DNA from: Variovorax sp. PMC12
Lineage (GTDB): Bacteria > Pseudomonadota > Gammaproteobacteria > Burkholderiales > Burkholderiaceae_C
DNA: 64,000 nucleotides
Reading direction: 5' to 3'
NCBI RefSeq assembly: GCF_003019815.1
Contig: NZ_CP027773.1
Coordinates: forward strand, 5,019,324 to 5,083,323
This document shows, one piece after another, positions 9,001 to 18,092 of the stretch; the first letter of the stretch is position 1, and each line of letters starts with the position of its first letter. The notes below the pieces were generated by a model. The model was not told where the DNA came from, made no database searches, and saw only the letters and a list, made by a program, of their open reading frames with translations. The translations under genes were made by a program, and so were the position numbers.

Positions 9001-10008
9001 ATGAACGCACCCGCAGAACTCGCCAAGGTGATCGCGTCGCAGCCCGACGCCACGCTCGGCTACAAGGACTTTTCTCTCGGCAGCTTCAGCTTCCGCCGCG
9101 ACGAATACTTCGTGCACATCGGCTGGAAGACCCGCGACGGCCGCCCGATGAGCCACACCATGGACGCCGGCAACTACCTGCGCGCGCTGATGCGCGACGT
9201 GGCCTGGGGCTTCTTCTACGGCTGGGTCAACTTCGACGACGTGTTCGGCACCGTCAACCACTACGAGTCGGTCGACCTGTACGCCGGCAGCTTCAACGGC
9301 ACCATGAAGGACGCGGGCATCGACCTGCTCGAGAACTTCCCCACCGCGCAGATCCGCGCCACCTTCGAGGCCATGCTCGACGACTGGACCAACGAGAGCT
9401 TCGACCCCTTCGCCGCGCCGCAGGAAACCGGCTCGCCCTATGGCCGCAAGAACGGCAACAACACCGCCAAGATCACGAGGGCACGCGAGCTGGCCAAACG
9501 CTGCGTGGGCCTCAAGGGCGACCTCGACCTGCGCAGCGACGAGCGCGGCGCGCCGGTCAACCGCGCCTTCGCCGACGTGCCGCAGGGCCAGCCCGAGCTG
9601 CACCCCGAGCCCGGCTTCGAGAACGATGTGCACGCCTTCAACCTCTTCGGCTTCCTGAGCCGCTCGCAGGTGACGTGGAACCCGAGCTTCACCTCGGTGG
9701 TGAAGCACAGCTACATGTGCCCGACGACCGAGGAGCACATCCTGCCGATCATCCACGGCAACGACCGCGTCGAGTGGTTCTTCCAGATGACCGACGAAAT
9801 CCACTGGGACTGCGGCGACAAGAACACCGGCAAGCCCATGGCACGCGTGATCATGAAGGCCGGCGACATGGCAGCCATGCCCGCGTACTGCCGGCACCAG
9901 GGCTTCAGCCCCAAGCGCTCGATGCTGCTGGTGTGGGAGAACGGTTCGCCGAGCCTGGTGTACGAGATCCAGAAGGGCGAGTCGCCCGAGATTCCCGTGC
10001 AGTTCTGA
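9001..10008 (+). CDS. Putative hydroquinone 1,2-dioxygenase large subunit (HapD/PnpC2/HqdB-like, cupin-type), about 38 kDa
   Basis: 335 aa, His-rich candidate metal ligands, tightly coupled to the small subunit (13-bp gap). Context as above. Confidence 0.5.
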   Translation: MNAPAELAKVIASQPDATLGYKDFSLGSFSFRRDEYFVHIGWKTRDGRPMSHTMDAGNYLRALMRDVAWGFFYGWVNFDDVFGTVNHYESVDLYAGSFNGTMKDAGIDLLENFPTAQIRATFEAMLDDWTNESFDPFAAPQETGSPYGRKNGNNTAKITRARELAKRCVGLKGDLDLRSDERGAPVNRAFADVPQGQPELHPEPGFENDVHAFNLFGFLSRSQVTWNPSFTSVVKHSYMCPTTEEHILPIIHGNDRVEWFFQMTDEIHWDCGDKNTGKPMARVIMKAGDMAAMPAYCRHQGFSPKRSMLLVWENGSPSLVYEIQKGESPEIPVQF

Positions 10009-10011
10009 TGC

Positions 10012-10122
10012 ATTTCTCCCTCCCCCGCCGGGGGAGGGCAGGGGTGGGGGCTCTCCAGGCCCGCGCCCTCTTCGAAGAAGCCCCCACCCCAACCCTCCCC
10101 CAGCGGGGGAGGGAGAGGAACG
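10012..10122. repeat. REP-like element: two 35-bp units in inverted orientation (CTCCCTCCCCCgccGGGGGAGGGcaGGGGtGGGGG ... reverse complement), intergenic within the operon
   Basis: Read directly. Unit 1 is at 10021-10055 and its near-exact reverse complement at 10081-10115. Each unit holds a small hairpin (TCCCCC-NNN-GGGGGA) plus a G5-A-G3-CA-G4-T-G5 tract. A second copy of the same family is at 13640-13769. Confidence 0.8.
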
Positions 10123-10125
10123 ACC

Positions 10126-11604
10126 ATGCCTGCACCGTCCATCCGCCATCAGCTCTTCATCGACGGCCGCTTCGTCGACGCCGAATCCGGCGAGACGCTC
10201 GCCACGCTCAACCCGCACGACAACACGCCCATCGTCGATGTCGCGCTGGCCGGCAAGGCCGACGTCGACAAGGCAGTGGCCGCCGCGAAGCGCGCCTTTC
10301 CCAAATGGAGCCGCATGGCCGCGGCAGACCGGGGCCGCATCCTGCTGAAGCTCGCCGACCTCATCGAGGCCAACGCCGAGGAGCTCGCGCGCCTCGAATC
10401 GCTGGATACCGGCCACCCCATCCGCGATTCGCGCCGGCTCGACGTGCCGCGCACGGCCGCGTGCTTCCGCTACTTCGGAGGCATGGCCGACAAGTTCCAG
10501 GGCGAGACCATTCCGGTGGAAGAGGGCTTTCTCAACTACACGCTGCGCGAGCCCGTCGGCATCGTCGGCCAGGTCGTGCCGTGGAACTTTCCGCTGATGT
10601 TCACCAGCTGGAAAATGGCGCCCGCGCTCGCGGCCGGCAACTGCATCGTGATGAAGCCGGCGGAGATCACACCGCTGAGTTCGCTGCGCATCGCCGAGCT
10701 GATGGCCGAGGCCGGCCTGCCGCCCGGGGTGGTCAACATGCTGCCGGGGCTGGGCAGCGTGGCGGGCCAGTACATCGCCGAGCATCCCGAGATCGCGAAG
10801 ATCGCCTTCACCGGCAGCACCGCCACCGGCCGGCGCATCGTGCAGGCCAGCGCGGGCAACCTGAAGAAGGTGCAGCTCGAACTTGGCGGCAAGGGGCCGA
10901 ACATCGTCTTCGAGGACGCGAACCTGCAGGCCGCAGTCAACGGGAGCGCGTGGGCCATCTTCCACAACCAGGGGCAGGCCTGCATCGCTGGCTCGCGGCT
11001 GATGCTGCACGAGAAGATCGCCGATGCCTTCCTCGAGCAGTTCATACCGCTGGCCAGATCGATCCGCCTCGGCAACCCGCTCGACGAGAACACCGAGATG
11101 GGGCCGCTCACCAGCGCACAGCACCGCGAGCGCGTGCTGAGCTATGTGGAAGTGGCGCAGGGCGAGGGCGGCGAGCTGCTTGCCGGCGGCAAGTCGCCCG
11201 GCGGCGACCTGGCGAAGGGCTGCTACGTCGAGCCGACGGTGATGCGCGCCATGTCATACAAGGACCGCGTCGCGCAGGAAGAAGTGTTCGGGCCCTTCGT
11301 CACCGTGCTCACTTTCAAGAATGACGAAGAGGCGATGCAGATCGCCAACGGCACCGACTACGGCCTCGGCAGCGGCCTGTGGACCGGCAACCTGCAACGC
11401 GCCCACAAAGTGGCGCGCGACCTGCACGCCGGCATGGTCTGGATCAACAGCTACAAGCGCGTGAACCCCGGCTCGCCCTTCGGCGGCGTCGGCCAGAGCG
11501 GCTACGGCCGCGAGATGGGGTTCGATGCGATGCGCGAATACACGCAGGTCAAGAGCGTGTGGGTGAACGTCGACGCGCAGATACCGCCGCACTTCGCGCG
11601 CTGA
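10126..11604 (+). CDS. NAD(P)-dependent aldehyde dehydrogenase (candidate 4-hydroxymuconic semialdehyde dehydrogenase, HapE-like)
   Basis: 492-aa ALDH-family protein. Position immediately after the dioxygenase pair. RBS GGAGAGGA. Confidence 0.8.
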   Translation: MPAPSIRHQLFIDGRFVDAESGETLATLNPHDNTPIVDVALAGKADVDKAVAAAKRAFPKWSRMAAADRGRILLKLADLIEANAEELARLESLDTGHPIRDSRRLDVPRTAACFRYFGGMADKFQGETIPVEEGFLNYTLREPVGIVGQVVPWNFPLMFTSWKMAPALAAGNCIVMKPAEITPLSSLRIAELMAEAGLPPGVVNMLPGLGSVAGQYIAEHPEIAKIAFTGSTATGRRIVQASAGNLKKVQLELGGKGPNIVFEDANLQAAVNGSAWAIFHNQGQACIAGSRLMLHEKIADAFLEQFIPLARSIRLGNPLDENTEMGPLTSAQHRERVLSYVEVAQGEGGELLAGGKSPGGDLAKGCYVEPTVMRAMSYKDRVAQEEVFGPFVTVLTFKNDEEAMQIANGTDYGLGSGLWTGNLQRAHKVARDLHAGMVWINSYKRVNPGSPFGGVGQSGYGREMGFDAMREYTQVKSVWVNVDAQIPPHFAR

Positions 11605-11649
11605 CCTCGCCCCTTTGCGACAACACAAACAGAAGAGACGGAGACAACC

Positions 11650-12903
11650 ATGACATTCAATCGCAGACAGTTCACGCAGGCCACGGCCGCGCTGGTGGCC
11701 TCGGGCGCAACGCCGCTGGTGTTCGCGGCCGACACGCTGAAGATCGGCTATGTGTCGCCGCAGACCGGGCCGCTCGCGCCCTTCGGCGAGGCCGACAAGT
11801 GGGTCATCGACCAGATGAAGACCGCCTTCAAGGACGGCATCAGCGTCGGCGGCAGGAAGTACGCGGTGCAGATCGTGCTGAAGGACAGCCAGTCGAACCC
11901 CAACCGCGCGGGCGAAGTGGCGAACGACCTGATCCTGAAGGACAAGGTCGCGCTGGTGCTCACCGCCGGCACGCCTGAGACCGCCAACCCGGTGAGCGAT
12001 GCGTGCGAACTCAACGAGGTGCCCTGCGTGTCCAGCGTGGTGCCGTGGCAGCCGTGGTTCTTCGGCCGCAAGGGCGACCCGGCGAAGGGCTTCAACTGGA
12101 CGTACCACCTGTTCTGGGGGCTCGAAGACGTCATCGCCAATTTCACCAACGGCTGGAAGACGCTGGCCACCAACAAGAAGGTGGGCGGCCTTTTCCCGAA
12201 TGACGGCGACGGCAATGCCTGGGGCGACAAGGAGCTGGGCTTTCCCAAGCCGCTCGCGCAGATGGGCTTCACGCTCACCGACCCCGGACGCTTCCAGAAC
12301 GGCACGCAGGATTTCAGCGCGCAGATCGCGGCCTTCAAGAGCGCGGGCTGCGAGATCGTCACCGGCGTGGTGATTCCGCCCGATGCCAAGACCTTCCTCA
12401 CGCAGGCACGGCAGCAGGGCTTCAGGCCCAAGGTCATCACGCTGGGCAAGGCGCTGCTGTTCCCCGGTGCCATCGAGGCACTCGGCGATCTGGGCGACGG
12501 CCTGTCGACCGAGGTGTGGTGGAGCCCGTCGCACCCGTTCACCTCGAGCCTCACGCAGCAGAGCGCGAAGGCGCTGGCCGATGCCTACGAGGCCGGCGTG
12601 AAGAAGCAGTGGACGCAACCCATCGGCTTCGCGCATGCGCTGTTCGAAGTGGCGGCGAATGCGCTGGGGCGCGCGAAGTCTTTGAAGGCTTCGGACGTGC
12701 GCGACGCCGTGGCCTCGACCTCGATCAACTCGGTGGTCGGCCCGGTGAAGTGGGGCGGCCAGGGGCCCTTCAAGAACGTCAGCAAGACGCCGCTGGTGCT
12801 CGGCCAGTGGGGCAAGGGCACGAAGTACAAGGTGGAGCTGACCATCGTCAACAACGAGGCGGCGACCAGCATTCCCACCGGCGGCAAGCTGCGGCTGCTC
12901 TGA
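11650..12903 (+). CDS. ABC transporter substrate-binding protein (LivK/branched-chain amino acid type), Tat/Sec signal
   Basis: 417 aa. N-terminus MTFNRRQFTQATAALVASGATPLVFA is a twin-arginine-like signal. Periplasmic-binding-protein type I fold features. Confidence 0.8.
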   Translation: MTFNRRQFTQATAALVASGATPLVFAADTLKIGYVSPQTGPLAPFGEADKWVIDQMKTAFKDGISVGGRKYAVQIVLKDSQSNPNRAGEVANDLILKDKVALVLTAGTPETANPVSDACELNEVPCVSSVVPWQPWFFGRKGDPAKGFNWTYHLFWGLEDVIANFTNGWKTLATNKKVGGLFPNDGDGNAWGDKELGFPKPLAQMGFTLTDPGRFQNGTQDFSAQIAAFKSAGCEIVTGVVIPPDAKTFLTQARQQGFRPKVITLGKALLFPGAIEALGDLGDGLSTEVWWSPSHPFTSSLTQQSAKALADAYEAGVKKQWTQPIGFAHALFEVAANALGRAKSLKASDVRDAVASTSINSVVGPVKWGGQGPFKNVSKTPLVLGQWGKGTKYKVELTIVNNEAATSIPTGGKLRLL

Positions 12904-12904
12904 C

Positions 12905-13624
12905 ATGACGCTGCTGGCACTGCATGCCGTGAGCAAGTCCTACGGCGTGCTCAAGGTCACGGACGACATCACGCTGTCGGTGGCCGAGGGCGAGACGCTG
13001 GGCATCCTCGGGCCGAACGGCGCGGGGAAGACCACGCTGTTCAACCTGATCTCGGGCGACGTGCGCGTCGATGCGGGTCGCGTGGAATACGCGGGCCGCG
13101 ACGTGACGCGGCTCAAGCCGCACCAGCGCTGCCATGCGGGCATCGGGCGCAGCTACCAGGTGCCGCAGCCCTTCGGCAACATGAGCGTGTTCGAGAATCT
13201 CGTCACGGCCGCCTGCTTCGGCGGGCAGCAGGCCGAGCGCGAGGCATGGCAGACGGCGCACGAGGTGCTCTCGCAGACGGGCCTGATGGCGCATGCGAAC
13301 AAGCCCGCGGGCGGGCTGACGCTGCTCGACCGCAAGCGGCTGGAGCTGGCGCGTGCGCTCGCGACGCGGCCGCGCCTGCTGCTGCTCGACGAGATCGCCG
13401 GTGGATTGACGGAGCCGGAAGCCGCCGTGCTGGTGGCGGAGCTCAAGCGCATCAAGGCGCGCGGCGTGACGATGATCTGGATCGAGCACGTGGTGCATGC
13501 GCTGCTGTCGCTGGCGGACCGGTTGTTCGTCATCAACTTCGGGCAGAAGCTGGCGGAGGGCGCGCCGCGCGCGGTGATGAACGACGCGGAAGTGCGGCGG
13601 GTGTACATGGGGATGGAAGCATGA
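12905..13624 (+). CDS. ABC transporter ATP-binding protein (LivG-like)
   Basis: Walker A GPNGAGKTT, signature and Walker B motifs. ATG 1 nt after the upstream stop. Confidence 0.85.
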   Translation: MTLLALHAVSKSYGVLKVTDDITLSVAEGETLGILGPNGAGKTTLFNLISGDVRVDAGRVEYAGRDVTRLKPHQRCHAGIGRSYQVPQPFGNMSVFENLVTAACFGGQQAEREAWQTAHEVLSQTGLMAHANKPAGGLTLLDRKRLELARALATRPRLLLLDEIAGGLTEPEAAVLVAELKRIKARGVTMIWIEHVVHALLSLADRLFVINFGQKLAEGAPRAVMNDAEVRRVYMGMEA

Positions 13625-13639
13625 GCGCGACACGTCTTC

Positions 13640-13769
13640 GAATTGCTCCTTCCCCTTCCGGGGGAAGGTCGGGATGGGGGCACGACGGCGCTGGTTTCGC
13701 CGTGGCGCCTCATCGAACGCCGCTTGCCCCCGCCCCGTCCCTCCCCCGGAAGGGGAGGGAGCAAAGACC
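13640..13769. repeat. Second copy of the REP-like inverted-unit element (CCTTCCCCTTCCGGGGGAAGGTCGGGATGGGGG ... CCCCCGCCCCGTCCCTCCCCCGGAAGGGGAGGGAG)
   Basis: Same architecture and near-identical core as the element at 10012-10122. Lies between the two ABC ATPase genes. The track ORF 13643-14563 that starts inside it is spurious. Confidence 0.8.
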
Positions 13770-14486
13770 ATGACAGCCCTGCTCTCCACCCACGCCCTCA
13801 AGGCCTTCTACGGCGACGCCCAAGCCCTCTTCGGCATCGACTTCTCGCTCGTGCAGGGCGAGCTCGTCGCCATCATCGGCGCCAACGGCGCGGGCAAGTC
13901 GACCTTCCTCAAGAGCCTCACGGGCCTGGTGCGCGCGCCGCGCGAAGCCATCGAGTTCAAGGGCCGGCCCATCGGCGGCCTTCCGCCCGGCGACATCGTT
14001 CGGCAGGGCCTTGCGATGGTTCCCGAAGGCCGGCGCCTGTTCCCCAGCCTCAGCGTGGAAGAGAACCTGCTCATGGGCGCCACCGCCGCGCGCCGCGGCC
14101 CCTGGAACCTGCAGCGCCTGTATGCGCTGTTTCCCATCCTCGCCCAGAAGCGCCACCAGCCGGGCACATCGCTCTCGGGCGGGCAGCAGCAGATGGTGGC
14201 GCTGGGCCGCGCGCTCATGAGCAACCCCGAGGTGCTGCTGTGCGACGAGCTTTCGCTGGGCCTCGCGCCCATCGTCATCCGCGAGATCTACGCGGCCATG
14301 CCCACCATCACGGGCGAAGGCATGACGGTGGTCATCGTCGAGCAGGACGTGACCATGGCGCGCCAGGTCTCGCAGCGCATCTACTGCTTCCAGGAAGGCC
14401 GCGTGTCGCTCGAAGGCGATTCGGCCGACCTCACGCGCGAGCAGATCTCGCAAGCCTATTTCGGTATCGAGGCCGCACATGCTTGA
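13770..14486 (+). CDS. ABC transporter ATP-binding protein (LivF-like)
   Basis: MTALLSTHALKAFYGDAQALFGIDFSLVQGELVAIIGANGAGKST.. . The ATG at 13770 was chosen over the upstream in-frame extension that runs through the REP element. Confidence 0.85.
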   Translation: MTALLSTHALKAFYGDAQALFGIDFSLVQGELVAIIGANGAGKSTFLKSLTGLVRAPREAIEFKGRPIGGLPPGDIVRQGLAMVPEGRRLFPSLSVEENLLMGATAARRGPWNLQRLYALFPILAQKRHQPGTSLSGGQQQMVALGRALMSNPEVLLCDELSLGLAPIVIREIYAAMPTITGEGMTVVIVEQDVTMARQVSQRIYCFQEGRVSLEGDSADLTREQISQAYFGIEAAHA

Positions 14487-15345
14487 AACCCTCGTCCAGG
14501 GCGTGCTGCTCGGCGGCCTCTACACGCTGTTCGCGCTCGGCCAGTCGCTCATGTTCGGCGTGATGCGGCTCACCAACACCGCGCAGGGCGACTTCATCAT
14601 CCTCGGCGCGTTCGCGGTCATCGCGGGCGTGTCGCTGACGGGCGATGCGGTGGCGCCGTGGCTGGTCGCGCTCGCGGTGCTGCCGGTGGCATTCGGCTTC
14701 GGCTATGCGCTGCAGCGCTACGTGCTCAACGGCACGCTCGGCAAGGACCCGCTGCCTTCGCTGGTCGTGACCTTCGGCCTGTCGATCGTGATCCAGAACC
14801 TGCTGCTGGAGCTGTTCTCGGCCGACCCGCGCGCCATCGACACCGGCGGGCTCAGCACCCAGGGCATTGCGCTCGGCGGCGCGATGTCGGTCGGCGTGCT
14901 GCCGCTGGTCGTGCTGGCGATCGCATTGGTGGCGACGGGCGCGCTGCAATGGCTCTTCGCGCGCACGGCGCTGGGGCGGTCGTTCCGCGCCGTGTCGGAC
15001 GACCGCGAGATCGCCGAACTGATGGGGCTGAACGCGAAGAAGGTCTACGCCTTTGCCACCGCCATCGCCTTCGTGCTCATCGCCGTCGCGGGCGCCTTGC
15101 AGGGCATGCGCACGACGGTGTCTCCTTCAGACGGGCCTCTGCTGCTGCTCTTCGCCTTTGAGGCGGTGATCATCGGCGGCATGGGCTCGTTCTGGGGCAC
15201 GCTGGCCGGCGCGATGATCCTCGGCATCACGCAGCAGATCGGCTTCAGGCTCGACCCGGGCTGGGGCATCTGGTTCGGGCACATCGTGTTCCTGGTAGTG
15301 CTGGTGCTGCGGCCGCAGGGGCTCTTTCCAAAGACGCGCGGATGA
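14479..15345 (+). CDS. Branched-chain amino acid ABC transporter permease (LivH-like)
   Basis: 288-aa polytopic membrane protein. Start overlaps the upstream stop. Confidence 0.85.
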   Translation: MLETLVQGVLLGGLYTLFALGQSLMFGVMRLTNTAQGDFIILGAFAVIAGVSLTGDAVAPWLVALAVLPVAFGFGYALQRYVLNGTLGKDPLPSLVVTFGLSIVIQNLLLELFSADPRAIDTGGLSTQGIALGGAMSVGVLPLVVLAIALVATGALQWLFARTALGRSFRAVSDDREIAELMGLNAKKVYAFATAIAFVLIAVAGALQGMRTTVSPSDGPLLLLFAFEAVIIGGMGSFWGTLAGAMILGITQQIGFRLDPGWGIWFGHIVFLVVLVLRPQGLFPKTRG

Positions 15346-16391
15346 AGCGAATGACGAACATGCCTCCCACACTCATCGCCGTGGAGCGCGCCACCGCCGC
15401 GAGCCGCGCCGCGCTGGCCGTCGGCATTGCCCTGGTGCTCGTTGCGGCCAGCCTGCCTTGGTGGGGCGAGTCGAGCTGGATGCGCGAATTCGTCGAGATT
15501 GCCTGCTACTTCATCTTCGCGATGATGTGGAACCTGCTCGCCGGCTATGGCGGCATGGTGAGCATCGGGCAGCAAGCCTTCTTCGGCTTCGGCGGCTACG
15601 TGATGCTGATGCTGGGCAACTTCGCGGGCGTCAATCCGTTCGTGGCGATACCCCTTGGGGCGCTGGCGGCGGGGCTGGTCGCCATTCCGGTGTCCTTCGT
15701 CGCGTTCCGGCTTTCGGGCGGGTACTTTGCCATCGGCACATGGGTCATCGCGGAAGTGTTCCGGCTGAGCTTCGCGAACGTGTCGGCCGTGGGCGGCGGC
15801 TCGGGCACCACGCTTACCGCGCTGCGCGGCATCGAGAAGGCCACCCGCGAAAGCACCACCTATTGGATGGCGCTGGCCTGCGTGGTCGCGGCCGTCGCGC
15901 TGGTGTACCTGTTCCTGCGCAGCAAGCGCGGCCTTGCGCTGCTGGCCATACGCGACAACGAGGTGGCGGCGGAGTCGCAGGGTATTCCGGTCGCGCGCAT
16001 GAAGCTGGCGGTGTACGTGGTCGCGGCCTTCGGCGCTGGGCTCGCGGGTGCGCTGTACTTCGTGGGCAACCTGCGCATCGGCCCCGATGCGGCGTTCAGC
16101 GTCAACTGGACGGCCTTCGCCATCTTCATGGTGGTCATCGGCGGCATCGGCCGCATCGAAGGGCCGCTGGTCGGCGCGCTCATCTTCTGGGCGCTCAACA
16201 AGTTCCTGAGCGACTACGGCACCTGGTATCTGCTGGGGCTGGGGCTGCTCGCGATTCTCGTCACGCTGTTCTTCAAGCAGGGCCTGTGGGGCTACGCGCA
16301 GCAGCGCTGGGGCTGGTCGCTGTTTCCGACGCAGCGCAAGCTGTCGCCGGTGCACGCGCCGGCCGGCGTCAAGGCTTCTTCACGGTGTTGA
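15342..16391 (+). CDS. Branched-chain amino acid ABC transporter permease (LivM-like)
   Basis: 349-aa polytopic membrane protein. ATGA overlap with livH. Confidence 0.85.
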   Translation: MKRMTNMPPTLIAVERATAASRAALAVGIALVLVAASLPWWGESSWMREFVEIACYFIFAMMWNLLAGYGGMVSIGQQAFFGFGGYVMLMLGNFAGVNPFVAIPLGALAAGLVAIPVSFVAFRLSGGYFAIGTWVIAEVFRLSFANVSAVGGGSGTTLTALRGIEKATRESTTYWMALACVVAAVALVYLFLRSKRGLALLAIRDNEVAAESQGIPVARMKLAVYVVAAFGAGLAGALYFVGNLRIGPDAAFSVNWTAFAIFMVVIGGIGRIEGPLVGALIFWALNKFLSDYGTWYLLGLGLLAILVTLFFKQGLWGYAQQRWGWSLFPTQRKLSPVHAPAGVKASSRC

Positions 16392-16872
16392 TGTAGTACT
16401 CGATCTTCGTGCGGTCCTTGTAGGGATCGTTGTCGAAGAACCTGGTCTCTTGCGAGATCCTGATCTGGTAGCCGTCGCGCACGCCCTCCAGCGAGGTCGC
16501 GCTGTCGGTGGTCACGGGCGAGAGCGTGGGCCTGTGGAAGGCGGCCACCGTCTTGAAGCCGTCGGTGCTGAACGCCTTGACGGCCGCGCTGCTCAGGCGG
16601 CCGGTGCTGTCTGCGGTCACGTCCACGTCGGTCATTGCGGTGTTCGGCGGCACCGAGAGCAGGCTGGCAAGCGGCGGCGGCAAGGTCTTGGCGCCGCTTT
16701 TTTCCTGGATGCGATAGCTCAGGCCGCCCTGCGCGTTGGGCTCGCCCTTCGCAGCGGAGGACTCTTCCATGCTGCTCACGACCCATGCGCTGATGAGCAA
16801 CAGCGGCGCCGCAATGGCGCCCACGTACAGCAGAAAACGCAGGCGGTCCTTGGTGTGGAAAAACTCGATCAT
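16369..16872 (-). CDS. Hypothetical membrane-anchored periplasmic protein
   Basis: ATG at 16872 chosen because of a strong RBS AAAGGGAG 9 nt upstream. MIEFFHTKDRLRFLLYVGAIAAPLLLISAWVVSS is an N-terminal TM anchor. No recognisable domain. The 3' end overlaps the convergent permease gene by 23 nt. Confidence 0.5.
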   Translation of the reverse strand: MIEFFHTKDRLRFLLYVGAIAAPLLLISAWVVSSMEESSAAKGEPNAQGGLSYRIQEKSGAKTLPPPLASLLSVPPNTAMTDVDVTADSTGRLSSAAVKAFSTDGFKTVAAFHRPTLSPVTTDSATSLEGVRDGYQIRISQETRFFDNDPYKDRTKIEYYINTVKKP

Positions 16873-17057
16873 CGGCGTGTGCTCCCTTTGTGGCATGTGG
16901 CGGCTGTCAGGTCGACGCTGCCTTGTCCGCCCATGTTAAAGCCCTGCCTGGTGTTCGTTCAGACTTGATTAATATTTGCCCGTCATGTAACGTTGTGTAA
17001 ACGAAACGTCAGTCACGTTCGTCATTCCCCGGTCTTTTCATTCTTCATGGAGTCATC

Positions 17058-18062
17058 TTGACGATCACCAAACGCCGCTTGCTCGAAGGCGGCGCGGCAG
17101 CCGTCGCCGCCTCGCTGCTCGCGAAGGCTTCCTGGGCACAGCAACGCAACACGGGCGGCGATGCCTGGCCGACCAAGCCGCTGCACATCCTGGTGGGCTT
17201 TCCCGCAGGCGCGTCGCCCGACCTCGCGGCCCGCGCCATCGCGGAGCCACTGTCGAAGATCCTGCGCCAGCCGGTGACGGTCGAGAACAAGCCGGGCGCA
17301 AGCGGCAACACCGTCGCCGACCAGGTGGCCAAGGCCACCGACGACCACACCATCGGCGCGCTGATCAACGGCAACCTCACCATCGCCAAGCTGCTCAACC
17401 CGTCGCTGCCCTTCGACCCCGAGAAAGACTTCGCCCCGGTCGGCCTGATCGGCACCGCGCCGCTGGTGCTGGCCGTGTCGGGCAGCGCCACGGGCAAGAC
17501 GGCGGCCGAGCAACTGCTGTGGGTGCGCAATCTCGGCGGCAGCGGCAAGTACGGCACGCCGGGCGTGGGCACCGTGGGCCACCTGGGCATGGAACTCATC
17601 AAGAGCCGCGCCGCCATCACCGCGCAGCACAAGCCCTACACCGGCAACCCGCAGGTCATCGCGGGGCTGCTGGCCAACGAGATCCAGCTGGCGCTGCTGC
17701 CGCCCGGCCTTGCCATGCCGCACATCAAGTCGGGAAAGATCAAGGCCATCGGCGTGACCTCGCCCGAGCGCAGCCCGCTGGCGAGCGAGCTGCCCACCAT
17801 CCGCGACGCCGACGTGCGCGGCGCCGACCTCGAGATCTGGACCGCGCTCGCCGCGCCCGCCGGCATGAAGCCCGCCGCCGTGGCAAGGCTCAATGCCGCG
17901 CTGGTCGAAGTGATCAGTTCGCCCGAGGTGAGCCAGGCGCTGCTCAAGACCGGCTGGCAGGCGCAGCCCGGCTCTCCCGACACGCTGGCCAAGCGCATGC
18001 GCGCCGACACCACGCGCCTGGGCGGCGTGATCCTGATGAAGGGCATCCGCTCGGACGCCTGA
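17058..18062 (+). CDS. Bug/TctC-family tripartite tricarboxylate transporter substrate-binding protein
   Basis: 334 aa with a Tat-like N-terminus (MTITKRRLLEGGAAAVAASLLAKASWA). Bug-family signature region. TTG start preceded by GGAG. Confidence 0.75.
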   Translation: MTITKRRLLEGGAAAVAASLLAKASWAQQRNTGGDAWPTKPLHILVGFPAGASPDLAARAIAEPLSKILRQPVTVENKPGASGNTVADQVAKATDDHTIGALINGNLTIAKLLNPSLPFDPEKDFAPVGLIGTAPLVLAVSGSATGKTAAEQLLWVRNLGGSGKYGTPGVGTVGHLGMELIKSRAAITAQHKPYTGNPQVIAGLLANEIQLALLPPGLAMPHIKSGKIKAIGVTSPERSPLASELPTIRDADVRGADLEIWTALAAPAGMKPAAVARLNAALVEVISSPEVSQALLKTGWQAQPGSPDTLAKRMRADTTRLGGVILMKGIRSDA

Positions 18063-18092
18063 GCGTGCGCAACGGCGGCCGCGGGTGTGCGC

